DNA from: Octopus sinensis
Lineage: Eukaryota
Assembly (NCBI RefSeq): GCF_006345805.1
Contig: NC_042997.1
Coordinates: forward strand, 143,716,001-143,780,000
Direction of reading: 5' to 3'
Length of the DNA: 64,000 nucleotides
The notes under the pieces are model-generated. The model saw only the letters and a program-made list of their open reading frames with translations. It did not search any database and was not told where the DNA came from. Positions 51,763-62,743 of this stretch are shown here, piece by piece. Position numbers and translations under genes: made by a program. Position 1 is the stretch's first letter; each line of letters begins with the position of its first letter.

Positions 51763-52350
51763 ATTTCTTTATTGCCCACAAGGGGCTAAACATAGAGGGG
51801 ACAGACAAAGGGAGTAAGTCGATTACATCGGCCCCAGTGCATAGCTGGTACTTATTTAATCGACCCCGAAAGGATGAAAGGCAAAGTCGACCTCGGTGGA
51901 ATTTGAACTCAGAACGCAACAGCAGACGAAATACCTATTTCTTTACTGCCCACATGGGGCTACACACAGAGCGGAGAATCACGGACAGACAAATGGATTG
52001 AGTTGATTATATCGACCCCAGTGCGTAACTGGTACTTATTTAATCGACCCCGAAAGGATGAAAAGCTAAGTCGACCTCGGCGGAATTTGAACTCAGAACG
52101 TAGCGGCAGACGAAATACCTATTTCTTTATTACCCACAAGAGGCTAAACACAGAGGAGACAAACAAGGACAGACATAGGTATTAAATCGATTACATCGAC
52201 CCCAGTGCGTAACTGGTACTTAATTTATCGACCCCGAAAGGATGAAAGGCAAAGTCGACCTCGGCGGAATTCGAACTCACAACGTAACGCAGACGAAATA
52301 CCACTAAGCATTTCGCCCGGTGTGCTAACGATTCTGCTAGCTCGTCGCCT
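51763..52350 (-). mobile_element. SINE family A trimer
   Basis: Units joined at GGTATTT junctions 51929-51935 and 52113-52119 (period 184 bp). Confidence 0.85.
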
Positions 52351-52395
52351 TAATTAAAGACATAGTGATAATATTATGAGAATTATGTAAGAACT

Positions 52396-52469
52396 GGCTC
52401 CGTAGCTCAGTTGGTCAGAGTGCCAGTCTAGTAAACTGGAGGTCGAGTGTTCGAGTCCCTCTGGAGCCT
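52396..52469 (+). tRNA. trnT: tRNA-Thr(AGT)
   Basis: Full cloverleaf with G7-U66 and G10-U25 wobbles; TTTT downstream. Confidence 0.8.
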
Positions 52470-53811
52470 AGTATTCTGTTCGTAATTTTACTTTTGCTCC
52501 GCAAAGGAGATTATGTTAGTGCTAATATTGATTCCTGAAATGCATACAAAACCACAAACGTCTGAGGTTGGTGCATTGACAGCTTCTCACGTCAGTTGTT
52601 GTAATGGAAGCCTACGCATGACGAAACGTTTCACTTTCCGTACAGGGATCAAGTGGAAAAAAAAATACTTGACAACTTGGAAGAATTCTCCTTCTTCTAT
52701 GGATGATTGCTGTAACTGAGATCACTTGTTTGGAGCGACAAAAAAAAAAAAATAACAAAAAAAAACAGAAGGTTCTCACGCTGACTCTTGTATCTTATAA
52801 CTCTCTTTTACTAGAACAAAGGAAAAGAATAGGTACCGAGAGCCACACTTTAGGATAGAAGAGTAATTGATTAAGTGGAACATATCTGAGGCCCGGTAGA
52901 TAAGAGGAAAACTTGAACTCTACAGAAATTGACCTCACTGTGTAAACTGCCTTAACTAAATGCCAGAAAACATTATTTTTGACATTCTACTGATTGTTCA
53001 ATCCATGTCTAAGGATCCATGACAACTATCGACTTTCTGCACGGTCGCTTGACGTGCTAGAAATATCATCCTGATCTTTTTAAACCATAACTTACTGTTT
53101 TAGAAAGGTGATACACATTGACAGTTGTATCACGAGAATAACGGGGTAAACTAAATATAGGATGATTAGTTTTGGAATGTCATCTTTCATGTGTGTGTTT
53201 GAACAGGGATAATTATGGGTTAAACAGCAGCAACAGCTATATTGCTTGTGATTTTATAAGAGAAATTAGTCAGATACTTGGCTGCTATTTCAAGCAAATC
53301 CATTGGTCATGCAAAGCTTCTATGTTGTTTCATTGCCGTTGTTAATATTGTACTAAGGCCATTTCGCCTAGGTCGGCTGCTTCCGCTGAGGACTAGTAAT
53401 TCTCCGAGGTCAACTTTACCTTTCATGGTTGATAAAATAATAGCATTTGATAACCGAGGTTGATGTAGTAGACTAACTCCTTCACGCTACTGTTGGCCTT
53501 GCACCAAAATTTGAAACCTTCAAAATTTGAAGATTGTATTGCGATGTCCAATACAACTTACCGCAGATAACTCATTGTATCTTATGTTGGTTCGGAAGTT
53601 GTTGTACGGATATTTCTTACGTAATCTCCACTTAAGCCGACGTTATAGTGAGATTGTTTGCTGAGTAAATATTGAAAATGATACTAGAATAAATGTAACA
53701 ACCTATCACCATAGCAACAATGAACGGCATTATAATTGGACACAACAGTTTCAGTATAGTTTAACCTTATAATTATCGACGTCACAATAATTTAAACATA
53801 CAAGCCGACGT

Positions 53812-53885
53812 GTTTTCATAGGTAGGTTGGTCAGCCTGTTAATCAAATAAACTGATGATCGGGTATTCGAATCCTGCTGGAGCCT
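53812..53885 (+). pseudogene. tRNA-Thr pseudogene, heavily substituted
   Basis: 74 nt colinear; ttcgaatcc and tggagcct retained; loop CAAATAA. Confidence 0.7.
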
Positions 53886-54245
53886 CCGTGTTATGGTCCC
53901 ACTCCCGCCTTTTTTTTCACAAGCTAGATTTGGCACTGATATTGGTTTCTAAAATGCACAAAAGTCCACAAAGGTTAACACTGATGTATAATCGATTATA
54001 CCGACCCCAGTATTTCACTGGGTCTTTCAGTAAATCTGCTGGGAAGAGAGCGGTAACAGTTATGATATCCTTGTTGAAAGAGTAATTTTTCGTATACTTT
54101 GCTGCTATTTCAAACGAATCCAGTGGTCACATAAAGCCTCGCTCGTCATTTCGTTACCATTAATAATTAACAATGTACTGCAATATCCAAACGATAACTT
54201 AGCATAAAGACGACTACATTATATCTTATATTAAAGTTACACTGG

Positions 54246-54303
<58 letters not shown>

Positions 54304-54528
54304 CTGATTTCTTCGCAAACATAAAGATGTTCTAGTAATAATGATTTGTTACATAAATGTCAATAAGGATAGTTGTGTAAAAATAGAGGAGTAAACAATG
54401 TAACGTGGTATCACAAAGCAACAATGAACATTATTATAATTGCTAACTACAGTTTCTATGGAATTATTCATTATACACAGATGTTACTATTGTTGACGTC
54501 ACAATACTTCAAAGAGGTCGATGTGAGT

Positions 54529-54599
54529 GGCTTTAAAGTTAAGGTTAGACCGTCAATTTATAAAAGAGGATCTCAAGTGTTTGAGTCCCTCTAGTAGCT
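54529..54599 (+). pseudogene. tRNA-Thr pseudogene, heavily decayed
   Basis: Paralogous position; aagtgtttgagtccctc T arm remnant. Confidence 0.6.
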
Positions 54600-55185
54600 T
54601 ATTTTTCTGGAACATTAGTTATTTCTTCTTTGTCTGAGATAGAATGATACGAATATTGATTTTAAAAATGTACACAAAGTTGCATACAAACTTCTTTAGG
54701 TGTCTATGATGGATTATTTCGACTTTAGTATTGTCGGCATTTTTAGCTTTTAGTGAAACCTGAAGGATGGAAACCAGAACAGACCTGAGCGGATAATGAA
54801 CTCAGAATTGTATGTAAACACCTTGAAGACTTTGTTGTAACGATTTGACGAAACCACAAACTTTAAGTTGGTGAGATAATTGAGTTCTTAAGTAATGATG
54901 CTATTGAAATTTTTACGCAATAATTGAAGACATAGTAATCCTTTCTACTATTGGCACAAGGCCTAAAATTGTGGCGACGGGGCTAGTTGATTACATCGAC
55001 TCCAGTACACGACTGGTACATGACTGAAAGCATGAAGGCAAAGTCGACCTCAGCAGAATTTGAACTCGGACCGTGAGGACTGACAAAATGCCGCTAAGCA
55101 TTTCGCTAGGCGCGTTAACGATTTTGCCAGCTCGTCACCTTAATTGAAGACATAAAAGTAATAATTTAATCAGGACGTGTAGACT

Positions 55186-55250
55186 GGCCCCATAGCACAG
55201 TTGGTTAGAGCATCAGTCTTGTAAGCTGGAGGCTGAGTGTTCGAGTCCAT
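55186..55250 (+). pseudogene. tRNA-Thr pseudogene with TGT anticodon, 3' acceptor strand lost
   Basis: GGCCCCATAGCACAGTTGGTTAGAGCATCAGT-CTTGTAA-GCTGG...GTTCGAGTCC. Confidence 0.75.
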
Positions 55251-55643
55251 GCTGTTTAATTATTCTCTTTTTGGCATATGATATTGGTTCCTGAGATGCA
55301 TACATAGCCACAAACGTTTGAGGTTGGTGTATTGGAATTACCCCTGCTGCCCAAAATTTTTGGCCATGTTCCAAAATTTGAAACTAATGTTGTATTAAGG
55401 GAACGAGCTGGCAGAGTCGTTACAAAATGCTCAGCATCATTTCACCTGACTTTGGATTCTCAGTTCAAATTCAACGGAAGTCGGCTCAGCCTTTCATTCT
55501 TGCTGGGTCGATAAAAGAAGTTCCAGTTGAACACTGGGGTCGATGTAATCGTCTTAATTCTTCCTGCAATTTCTGGCCTTGTGCCAAAATTTGAAACCAA
55601 CATGGACGATTGTATTTGAATGTCCAGTACAACTTACCGTATA

Positions 55644-56298
55644 GATCCCTGTACGGAAAGTGAAACGTTTCGTCATGCGTAGGCTTCCATTACAACAACT
55701 GACGTGAGAAGCTGTCAATGCACCAACCTCAAACGTTTGTGGTTTTGTATGCATTTCAGGAATCAATATTAGCACTAACATAATCTCCTTTGCGGAGCAA
55801 AAGTAAAATTACGAACAGAATACTAGGCTCCAGAGGGACTCGAACACTCGACCTCCAGTTTACTAGACTGGCGCTCTGACCAACTGAGCTACGGAGCCAG
55901 TTCTTACATAATGCTCATAATATTATTACTATGTCTTTAATTAAGGCGACGAGCTAGCAGAATCGTTAGCACACCGGGCGAAATGCTTAGTGGTATTTCG
56001 TCTGCGTTACGTTGTGAGTTCGAATTCCGCCGAGGTCGACTTTGCCTTTCATCCTTTCGGGGTCGATAAATTAAGTACCAGTTACGCACTGGGGTCGATG
56101 TAATCGATTTAATACCTATGTCTGTCCTTGTTTGTCTCCTCTGTGTTTAGCCTCTTGTGGGTAATAAAGAAATAGGTATTTCGTCTGCCGCTACGTTCTG
56201 AGTTCAAATTCCGCCGAGGTCGACTTAGCTTTTCATCCTTTCGGGGTCGATTAAATAAGTACCAGTTACGCACTGGGGTCGATATAATCAACTCAATC
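55644..56298 (-). repeat. 655-bp inverted duplicate of 51996-52650
   Basis: Reverse complement match with only 4 substitutions seen by eye. Confidence 0.95.
55825..55898 (-). tRNA. trnT: tRNA-Thr(AGT), inverted copy
   Basis: Full cloverleaf on the minus strand; differs from 52396-52469 at one position (C25). Confidence 0.85.
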
Positions 56299-56446
56299 GT
56301 ATGTAGTCCGAAAGCTGTTGCACTGATGTATGTCTCTCCTGTAGTCTCCACATAAAAGAACAGAAATTTTAGTGGCAGTGCAGTTTCATTATAAGTTTAC
56401 GTTATAATTGTAGACGTCATAATAGTTTAAACGCACAATCCCACGT

Positions 56447-56496
56447 GGTTACGTGCCACAGTTCGTTAGAGTTCCAGTCAAGTAAGTGAGAGGCCT
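56447..56496 (+). pseudogene. tRNA-Thr pseudogene, T arm deleted
   Basis: cagttcgttagagttccagtcaagtaa followed directly by aggcct. Confidence 0.6.
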
Positions 56497-56957
56497 ACTC
56501 AATGTGGTTTCTATTTTCCTTTTCTCAAGATAGATTGATACAGATATTGATATCTAAAATGCACACAAAGACACAAAAACTTGCAGTGGAATTTAACTAC
56601 GTTAGTATTTCATTGTTTCCTTTAGTAAATACGGTAGGACGTAAACCGTAACAATTTTGATGTTGTTGAAAGAGGAATTATTCAAAAATTTGGCTACTAT
56701 TTCCAGCGAAACCAGTGGTCTCATAAAGCTTCTTTCGTCGCTTTGTTGCTGTTGTCAATGGCGACCAAGGATCTTTACCTTTTGACCGACAGATTTAAAA
56801 AATAATTTTTTGTAACTAAATACTTTCAAACTTCGTACACTGGTAGAATGTGTCATATAAAACATCTTTTACTCCTAGCGTTTTTGAGAAAAGCTTATAT
56901 TTAGGAAGTTATTTCACGTTAAAGTTGTAGTATTTCGGTAATTTCAACCAATCAATG

Positions 56958-57262
56958 ACGTGTATTGAGCTGAATAAAATTACTGCAAGAACTTCCGGCG
57001 GCGTATATATCGTTTGTCACTGTTATTTAAGACAACCCTAACCGTAACACTAAAACCCCAACCCTAACACTAAAATCGTAACCCTAGCACACTAACCCTA
57101 AAACCCTAACCCTAACACCCAAACCTTAACCCAAAACCTTAAAGCTAAAACCAGTACAAACGCACGAAAGATGTCATAAATAACAGTAACAAACGAAAGA
57201 TACACCGCCGATAGTTATTGTTGACAAGCAACGGCAGTAATTTTATTCAGCTCAATACACGT
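56958..57262. mobile_element. Nested foldback element with degenerate telomeric (CCCTAA)n core
   Basis: Perfect 29-bp outer IR (56958-56986/57234-57262), 39-bp inner IR with about 5 mismatches (56996-57034/57172-57210), ccctaa-like repeats at 57035-57150. Confidence 0.8.
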
Positions 57263-57778
57263 AAAATTCACACACCTATTGTAGCAGCCCTTCGGTTTTT
57301 CCAAGCTTTGTAAAAAAAACTTGGAAGTTTGGGCCTCCATTCAGGCCTTCCGCGAAACCCTTAAAGCCAGGAAGTTTTTGTATATATTAGAAACGTCGTA
57401 GAAAGAGCGTTTGTTAAATTAAAATTAGTAATAATACTGGGGAAAAAAATAGAGGAGCAAATAATCCTTTCTACTAAAGGCACAATGCCTGAAACTTGGG
57501 CGGAGGGGACAAATAGATTACATCGACCAGTGTTTCAATAGTACTTAATTTATTAACAACAAAAGTATGAAAGGTAAAGTCCGCGGTGGAAATTGAAATC
57601 AGAACGTAGCGACGGGCGAAATACCTCGAAACATTTCGTCTCTGCTGACGATTCTGCCAGCTTGCCAAATAGCAAGGGTTGTGATTATAATTGCTAACTA
57701 CATTTCTATGTAATTATTTTTTATACACAGACATTAACATTGTTGACGTCACATTACTTTAAAGACGTAGGTGTGAGT

Positions 57779-57857
57779 GTCTCTAAAGTGAGTATCTCAG
57801 GTTAGACTCGCAATTTATAAAACTGGAAGTCAAGTGTTCGAGTCCCTCTAGAAGCTT
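57779..57857 (+). pseudogene. tRNA-Thr pseudogene (paralog of 54529)
   Basis: aactggaagtcaagtgttcgagtccctctagaagctt 3' half recognisable. Confidence 0.65.
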
Positions 57858-58059
57858 ATTGTTGTTTTGGAATATTTCTTTTTTTTTCTTTGTTTGAGAT
57901 AGAATGATAGGAATATCGATTTCTAAAGTGTACACCAACTTACAGATTTCTTCGGATGTCTACAATGGATTATTTCCACTTTAGTAATGGGGTTATTGAA
58001 ATGTCATTGCATAATAATTTAACACATAATAATAATGATTTAAGTATCTTGTACGCACT

Positions 58060-58133
58060 GGCTCCGTAGCTCAGATGGTTAGAGCGCCAGTCTAGTAAAC
58101 TGGAGGTCGAGTGTTCGAGTCCCTCCGGAGCCT
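58060..58133 (+). tRNA. trnT: tRNA-Thr(AGT)
   Basis: Perfect acceptor stem GGCTCCG/CGGAGCC; TTTT directly downstream. Confidence 0.85.
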
Positions 58134-59467
58134 AGTATTTTCGCTGAAGATTTTCAATTTTTTTTTCTGTAAGAGGGATGATATTGATATATGTATTGTT
58201 TCCTGAATGACTTAGAAAATCCACGAACAAGCGTTTGTGGTTGATGTATGGACAGGTTCTCACGTCAGTTGTTGTTATGGAAACCTAGTCACGATGAAGC
58301 AGTTCACGTTACTTACGTCGGTCGACTTGAACTAGATACTGAAACAACTTAGCAAAATTCTTCTTCTTTCCTGGATGATCGCTTGTTTGCAGCGACCGAA
58401 GGAACATGTAGAAGGTTCTCTCACTGATTCCTGTATCTTGTGAATCGCTTTTACTATAACAGAGTTGAAGAATACGTAACAAGTGCCACACTTTAGGAAA
58501 GAAGTGTAAATGATTTTATAGACACAATTACTTCGTTGGAAGATATTTATGAGGTCTTGAAGAATGAAAGGTAAACTTGAGCTCTGCAGGAATTGAATTC
58601 GATGTGTAAATGGCCTTAACTAAATGGTAAAAGGCATTAATTACAACATTCTCTTGATTGTTCATTCAATGTCTAAGGATATAAAATAAGCCTATCGAGT
58701 TTCTGTTCATTCGATGTCTAAGGATATAAAATAAGCCTATCGAGTTTCTACGTGGCTGCTTGAAGTACTAGAAATATCAGTCAAAACCATCTAAACCATA
58801 ACTTATTGTTTTAGAACGGAGATAAACTAAATATAGGATGGTCTGTTTTGGAACGCCATAGGTGTGTTTGAACAAGGTTAGTTCGGGGTTAAACAACAGC
58901 TATATTGCTTGTGATGATAAAAGAGAACTTATTCAGATAGTTGGCTTTTATGTTAAGCAGATCCATTGGTCACGCAAGCATCCTGTGTCGTTTCGTCACC
59001 GTTGGTAATATTGTATTAAGGTTGATTAATTTCGCCGAGGACGAGTAATTCGCCGAGGTCGACTTAACCTTTCATCCATTTGGGGCTGATAAAATAAGTA
59101 GCATTTGAGAACTGGGGTCGATGTAATCGACTAATTCCTATCCGCTATTTCTTGCCAAGTACCAAAATTTGAAACCCACATTGAAGATTGTATTACGAAG
59201 TCCAATACAGTTCACCGCAGATAACTCACTGTATCTTATGTTGGTGCGGGAGTTGTTGCACAGATATGTGTCTCTCTTTTGTAATCTCCACTTAAATAAG
59301 CCGACGTTATAGTGAGATTGTTTTCTGAACAAATATTAATAACGATACTAGAATAAATGAAGCACCATAGCAACAATGGGCGACATTATAATTGGTTACC
59401 ACAGTTTTAGTATAGGTTTAGGTTACAATTATCTACGTTACTATCATCTAGACATACAGCTCGACGT

Positions 59468-59486
59468 GTCATTATAGCTTAGTTGG
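59468..59486 (+). pseudogene. tRNA-Thr 5' stub truncated by a SINE
   Basis: tatagcttagttgg at the expected paralogous position, then a family A SINE at 59487-59700. Confidence 0.5.
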
Positions 59487-59731
59487 AAGTCGGCGAGTTG
59501 GCAGAATCGTTAGCACGCCGGGCAAAATGCCTAGTAGTATTTCGCCTGTCATTACGCTCTGAGTTCAAATTCCGCCGAGGTCGACTTTGCCTTTCATCCT
59601 TCGGGGTCGATAAATTAAGTACCAGTTACATATTGGAGTCGATCTAATCGAATGGCCCCATCCCCCAAAATTCAGGGCCTTGTGCCTAGAGTAGAAAAGA
59701 TTATATCTTATATCAAACTAGAAGCTACACT

Positions 59732-59765
<34 letters not shown>

Positions 59766-60002
59766 GTTTTCTTTACAGCAAATATAAAGACTTTATAGTA
59801 AGAGTGTTTTTGTTGAACTGATATGAAGAAGGATAGTTATGTAAAAATAGAGATAATAATAATATGACGTAGTATCACCAAACAACAATGAACATCGTTA
59901 TAAGTTCTAACTACAGTTTCTATGGAATTATTATACACAGGCATTGTCATTGTTGACCTCAAAATATTTTAATATCATTGTTGACCTCAAAATAATTTAA
60001 AA

Positions 60003-60522
60003 CTTCTGAAAGTTATCCAGTGTCTTTGGCACGAATATACATTTGAACAGACTGGCTAGCTGATTATCATCGGGACCTAGGGCTTCCCCCAAGGTATCGT
60101 CACATTTCGCCTCTACCACCCCTCTATAGAAGAATGTGGTAGAACTACTAACGCAGGCGTTGCCCGAGAGATGGAATATCCGGGGAGCCTTACGACACTC
60201 CGTAAACCATGTACCCAGCTTCGATCTACGATGGAACCAGGTTTCCCAGCGGAGACCACACCCGTTCACCAATCAGATGGACCCACCGGATTTCCTGTGC
60301 ATCATCAACCAAGGCATCCCTAGCCCACCCTCTAACGGTTGTTGGAAGCAAATAGAACATCTCACAAGCGGCTTCGAGCCCTTCCACAAGAAGCGGAAGA
60401 GCTGTCTTTCCAGCTTGCTCAACCACGAATCAGGGCAGGAAACGACGGTTAGGCGGTAGGTGATGACCGATGCGATGAACACATTGGCCCCCTCCGCCCC
60501 TTTTCAGGGATATCTACCGCCA
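60003..60522 (-). mobile_element. Internal L1/Tx1 ORF2 fragment, related to the 18.9-19.6 kb element
   Basis: FIASVITYRLTVVSC..LERQLFRFLWKG..LVRCSIC.QQP..GGLGMP; both ends truncated, no tail. Confidence 0.85.
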
Positions 60523-61257
60523 AGACCATGGCTATGTGGGCCACCCTTCCGCCCAAAGTTGCTGGCTTACCCCTTCCACCCAAAGTTGCTGGCTTTGTTT
60601 TAAAGTTTGAAACAAATGTTGTATTAAGGCAGCGAGCTGGCAGAATCGTTAGCGTGCCGGACAAAATGCTTAGCAGCATTTCATACGACTTTAGATTCTG
60701 AGTTCAAATTCAATTGAGATCGACCTCGCTTTTATCCTTCATGGGTCGATAAAAGAAATACCAGTTACCGATTATATCTGCGTTAGTATTTAATTGTTTC
60801 CTTAAGTAAATACGATAGGACGAAACGGTAACAATTTGGATCTTGCTGAAAGAGGAACTATTGAAAAAGTTGGCTGCTATTTCCAGTGAATCCAGTGGTC
60901 ATATAAAGCATCGTTTGTCTTTTCGTTACCGTTTTTAATGAACAAGTATTGTAATGTCCAACACGATAACTTAGCATAAAGAAGACAACATTATATCTTA
61001 TATTAAATCAGGAGTTACACTGATCTCTCCCTCTATCCGGTTTTCTTAACAGCAAATATAAATACATTCCAGTAGGGCGATTCGTTAAACTAATGTCAAT
61101 AAAAATAATTGTGTAGAAGTAGAGGAGTAACTAATATAACGTGGTTCACGAAACAACAATGAACATAATTATAACTGTTAACTACAGTTTCTATGGAATT
61201 ATATACACAGACATTACCATTGTCGACCTCACAATAATTATAGACGTCGAAGTGAGT

Positions 61258-61329
61258 GGCTCAATAGTTCAGGTTAGCCCGCCAATTCTTAAAACTGGGT
61301 GTCAAGTGCTCGAGTTCCTACCGAAGCTT
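61258..61329 (+). pseudogene. tRNA-Thr pseudogene (paralog of 54529/57779)
   Basis: ggctcaatagttcaggttag...aaactgggtgtcaagtgctcgagttcc. Confidence 0.65.
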
Positions 61330-61972
61330 GTTTCTTTTTCTGGAATATTTCTGTTTTTTTTTTTTCGTTTGAGATAGACTGATACAAACATTGCTTTTAA
61401 AAATATACACAAAGTTACAGATTTCTTGGATGTCTAAAATGGATTATTTTGACCTTAGAATTGTCGATGATTTTTGATTTTAGTGAAACCTGAAGGATAG
61501 AAATCAGAAAAGAGCTGGGTGGTTTATAAATCCAGACCTGTATGTAAATATGTTGAAGACCTTGTTTATGAACACAGAACTGTATATCAATATTTTGAAG
61601 ACCTTGCTTTAACGATTTGACGAAACCACAGACTTTGTATGTTGGTGAGTTAGCTGAGTTCTCATGTAATGATATTGAAATATTTTTACGCAATAATTGA
61701 AAGCATAATAATGCTTTCTGCTATTGACACAAGGCCTGAAATTGTGGGGTAGGGGGACAGTCGATTACATCGACTCCGGTACATAACCGGTACTTATTTC
61801 ATCCACCCCAAAATGATGGATGGCAAAGTTGACCTCGGCGGAATCTGAAGTTAGAACGTAGGGACTGATGAATGACGCTAAGCATTTCGCCCGGCGTGTT
61901 AAAGATTCTTCCATCTCGCCACCTTAATTGAAGACAAAATAAAAATTATTATTGAAACGCCGTTTGCAACGA

Positions 61973-62046
61973 GGCTCTGTAGCTCAGTTGGTTAGAGCGC
62001 CAGTCTAGTAAACTGGAGGTCGAGTGTTCGAATCCCTCCGGAGCCT
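61973..62046 (+). tRNA. trnT: tRNA-Thr(AGT)
   Basis: Full cloverleaf with U6-G67 wobble and G7-C66; T5 downstream. Confidence 0.85.
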
Positions 62047-62669
62047 GAGTAAGCTACTTACATTTTTATTTTGTTTCATAAAGCATATGATATTGGTGTA
62101 TATATTGGTTCCTGAAATTCATACAGAGCCACAAACGTTTGGGGTTGGTGTATTCGGCTTACCCCTCCCGACCAAAATTGCCGACCTTGTTCCAAAATTC
62201 GGGACCAATGTTGTATTAAGGCAGCAAGCTGCCAGAATCGTTACTGCGCCGCACAAAATGCTTAGCTACATTTCGCCAGACATTAGGTTCCAGGTTCAAA
62301 TTCCGGCTATGTCGATTTTACCTTTCATCCTTACTGGGTTCATAAAATAAGTAGCATTTGATAACTTAGATCGATGCAATTTTGAAATCAATATTGTAGA
62401 TTGTACAACTTATCAAATAGAAGTCATTATATCTTATGTTGGCCCAGGAGTTGTTGCACTGACATATTTCTCTCCTGTAGTCTCCACATAAATTAACACA
62501 CTTTATAGTGAAACTGTTAGCTAAACAAATATTAATAAGAATACTGGAATAAATGTAACAGAGGACCACCATAACAACAATGAACGTCATTATAATTTCT
62601 GTGTAGTTTCAATATAGGTTTAAGTTATAACCATCGAAGTCATAATAATTTAAAGGTGCGAACCGGCGT

Positions 62670-62743
62670 GGCTCTGTAGCTGAGATGTTCGGAGTACTAA
62701 TCTAGTAAGCCGGAGTTCGAGTTTTCGATTCCTCCTGAAGCTT
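62670..62743 (+). pseudogene. tRNA-Thr(AGT) pseudogene
   Basis: 74 nt colinear; CTAGTAA loop kept, stems mispaired. Confidence 0.75.

Noticed and set aside
51726-56351. Recurrent ORFs such as MIISTPVRNWYLFNRPRKDE...
   Set aside because: Antisense reading of SINE family A, found wherever the SINE occurs.
57035-57150. True telomere or chromosome-fusion scar
   Set aside because: Short, degenerate, single orientation and enclosed by inverted arms; better explained as the core of a mobile element.
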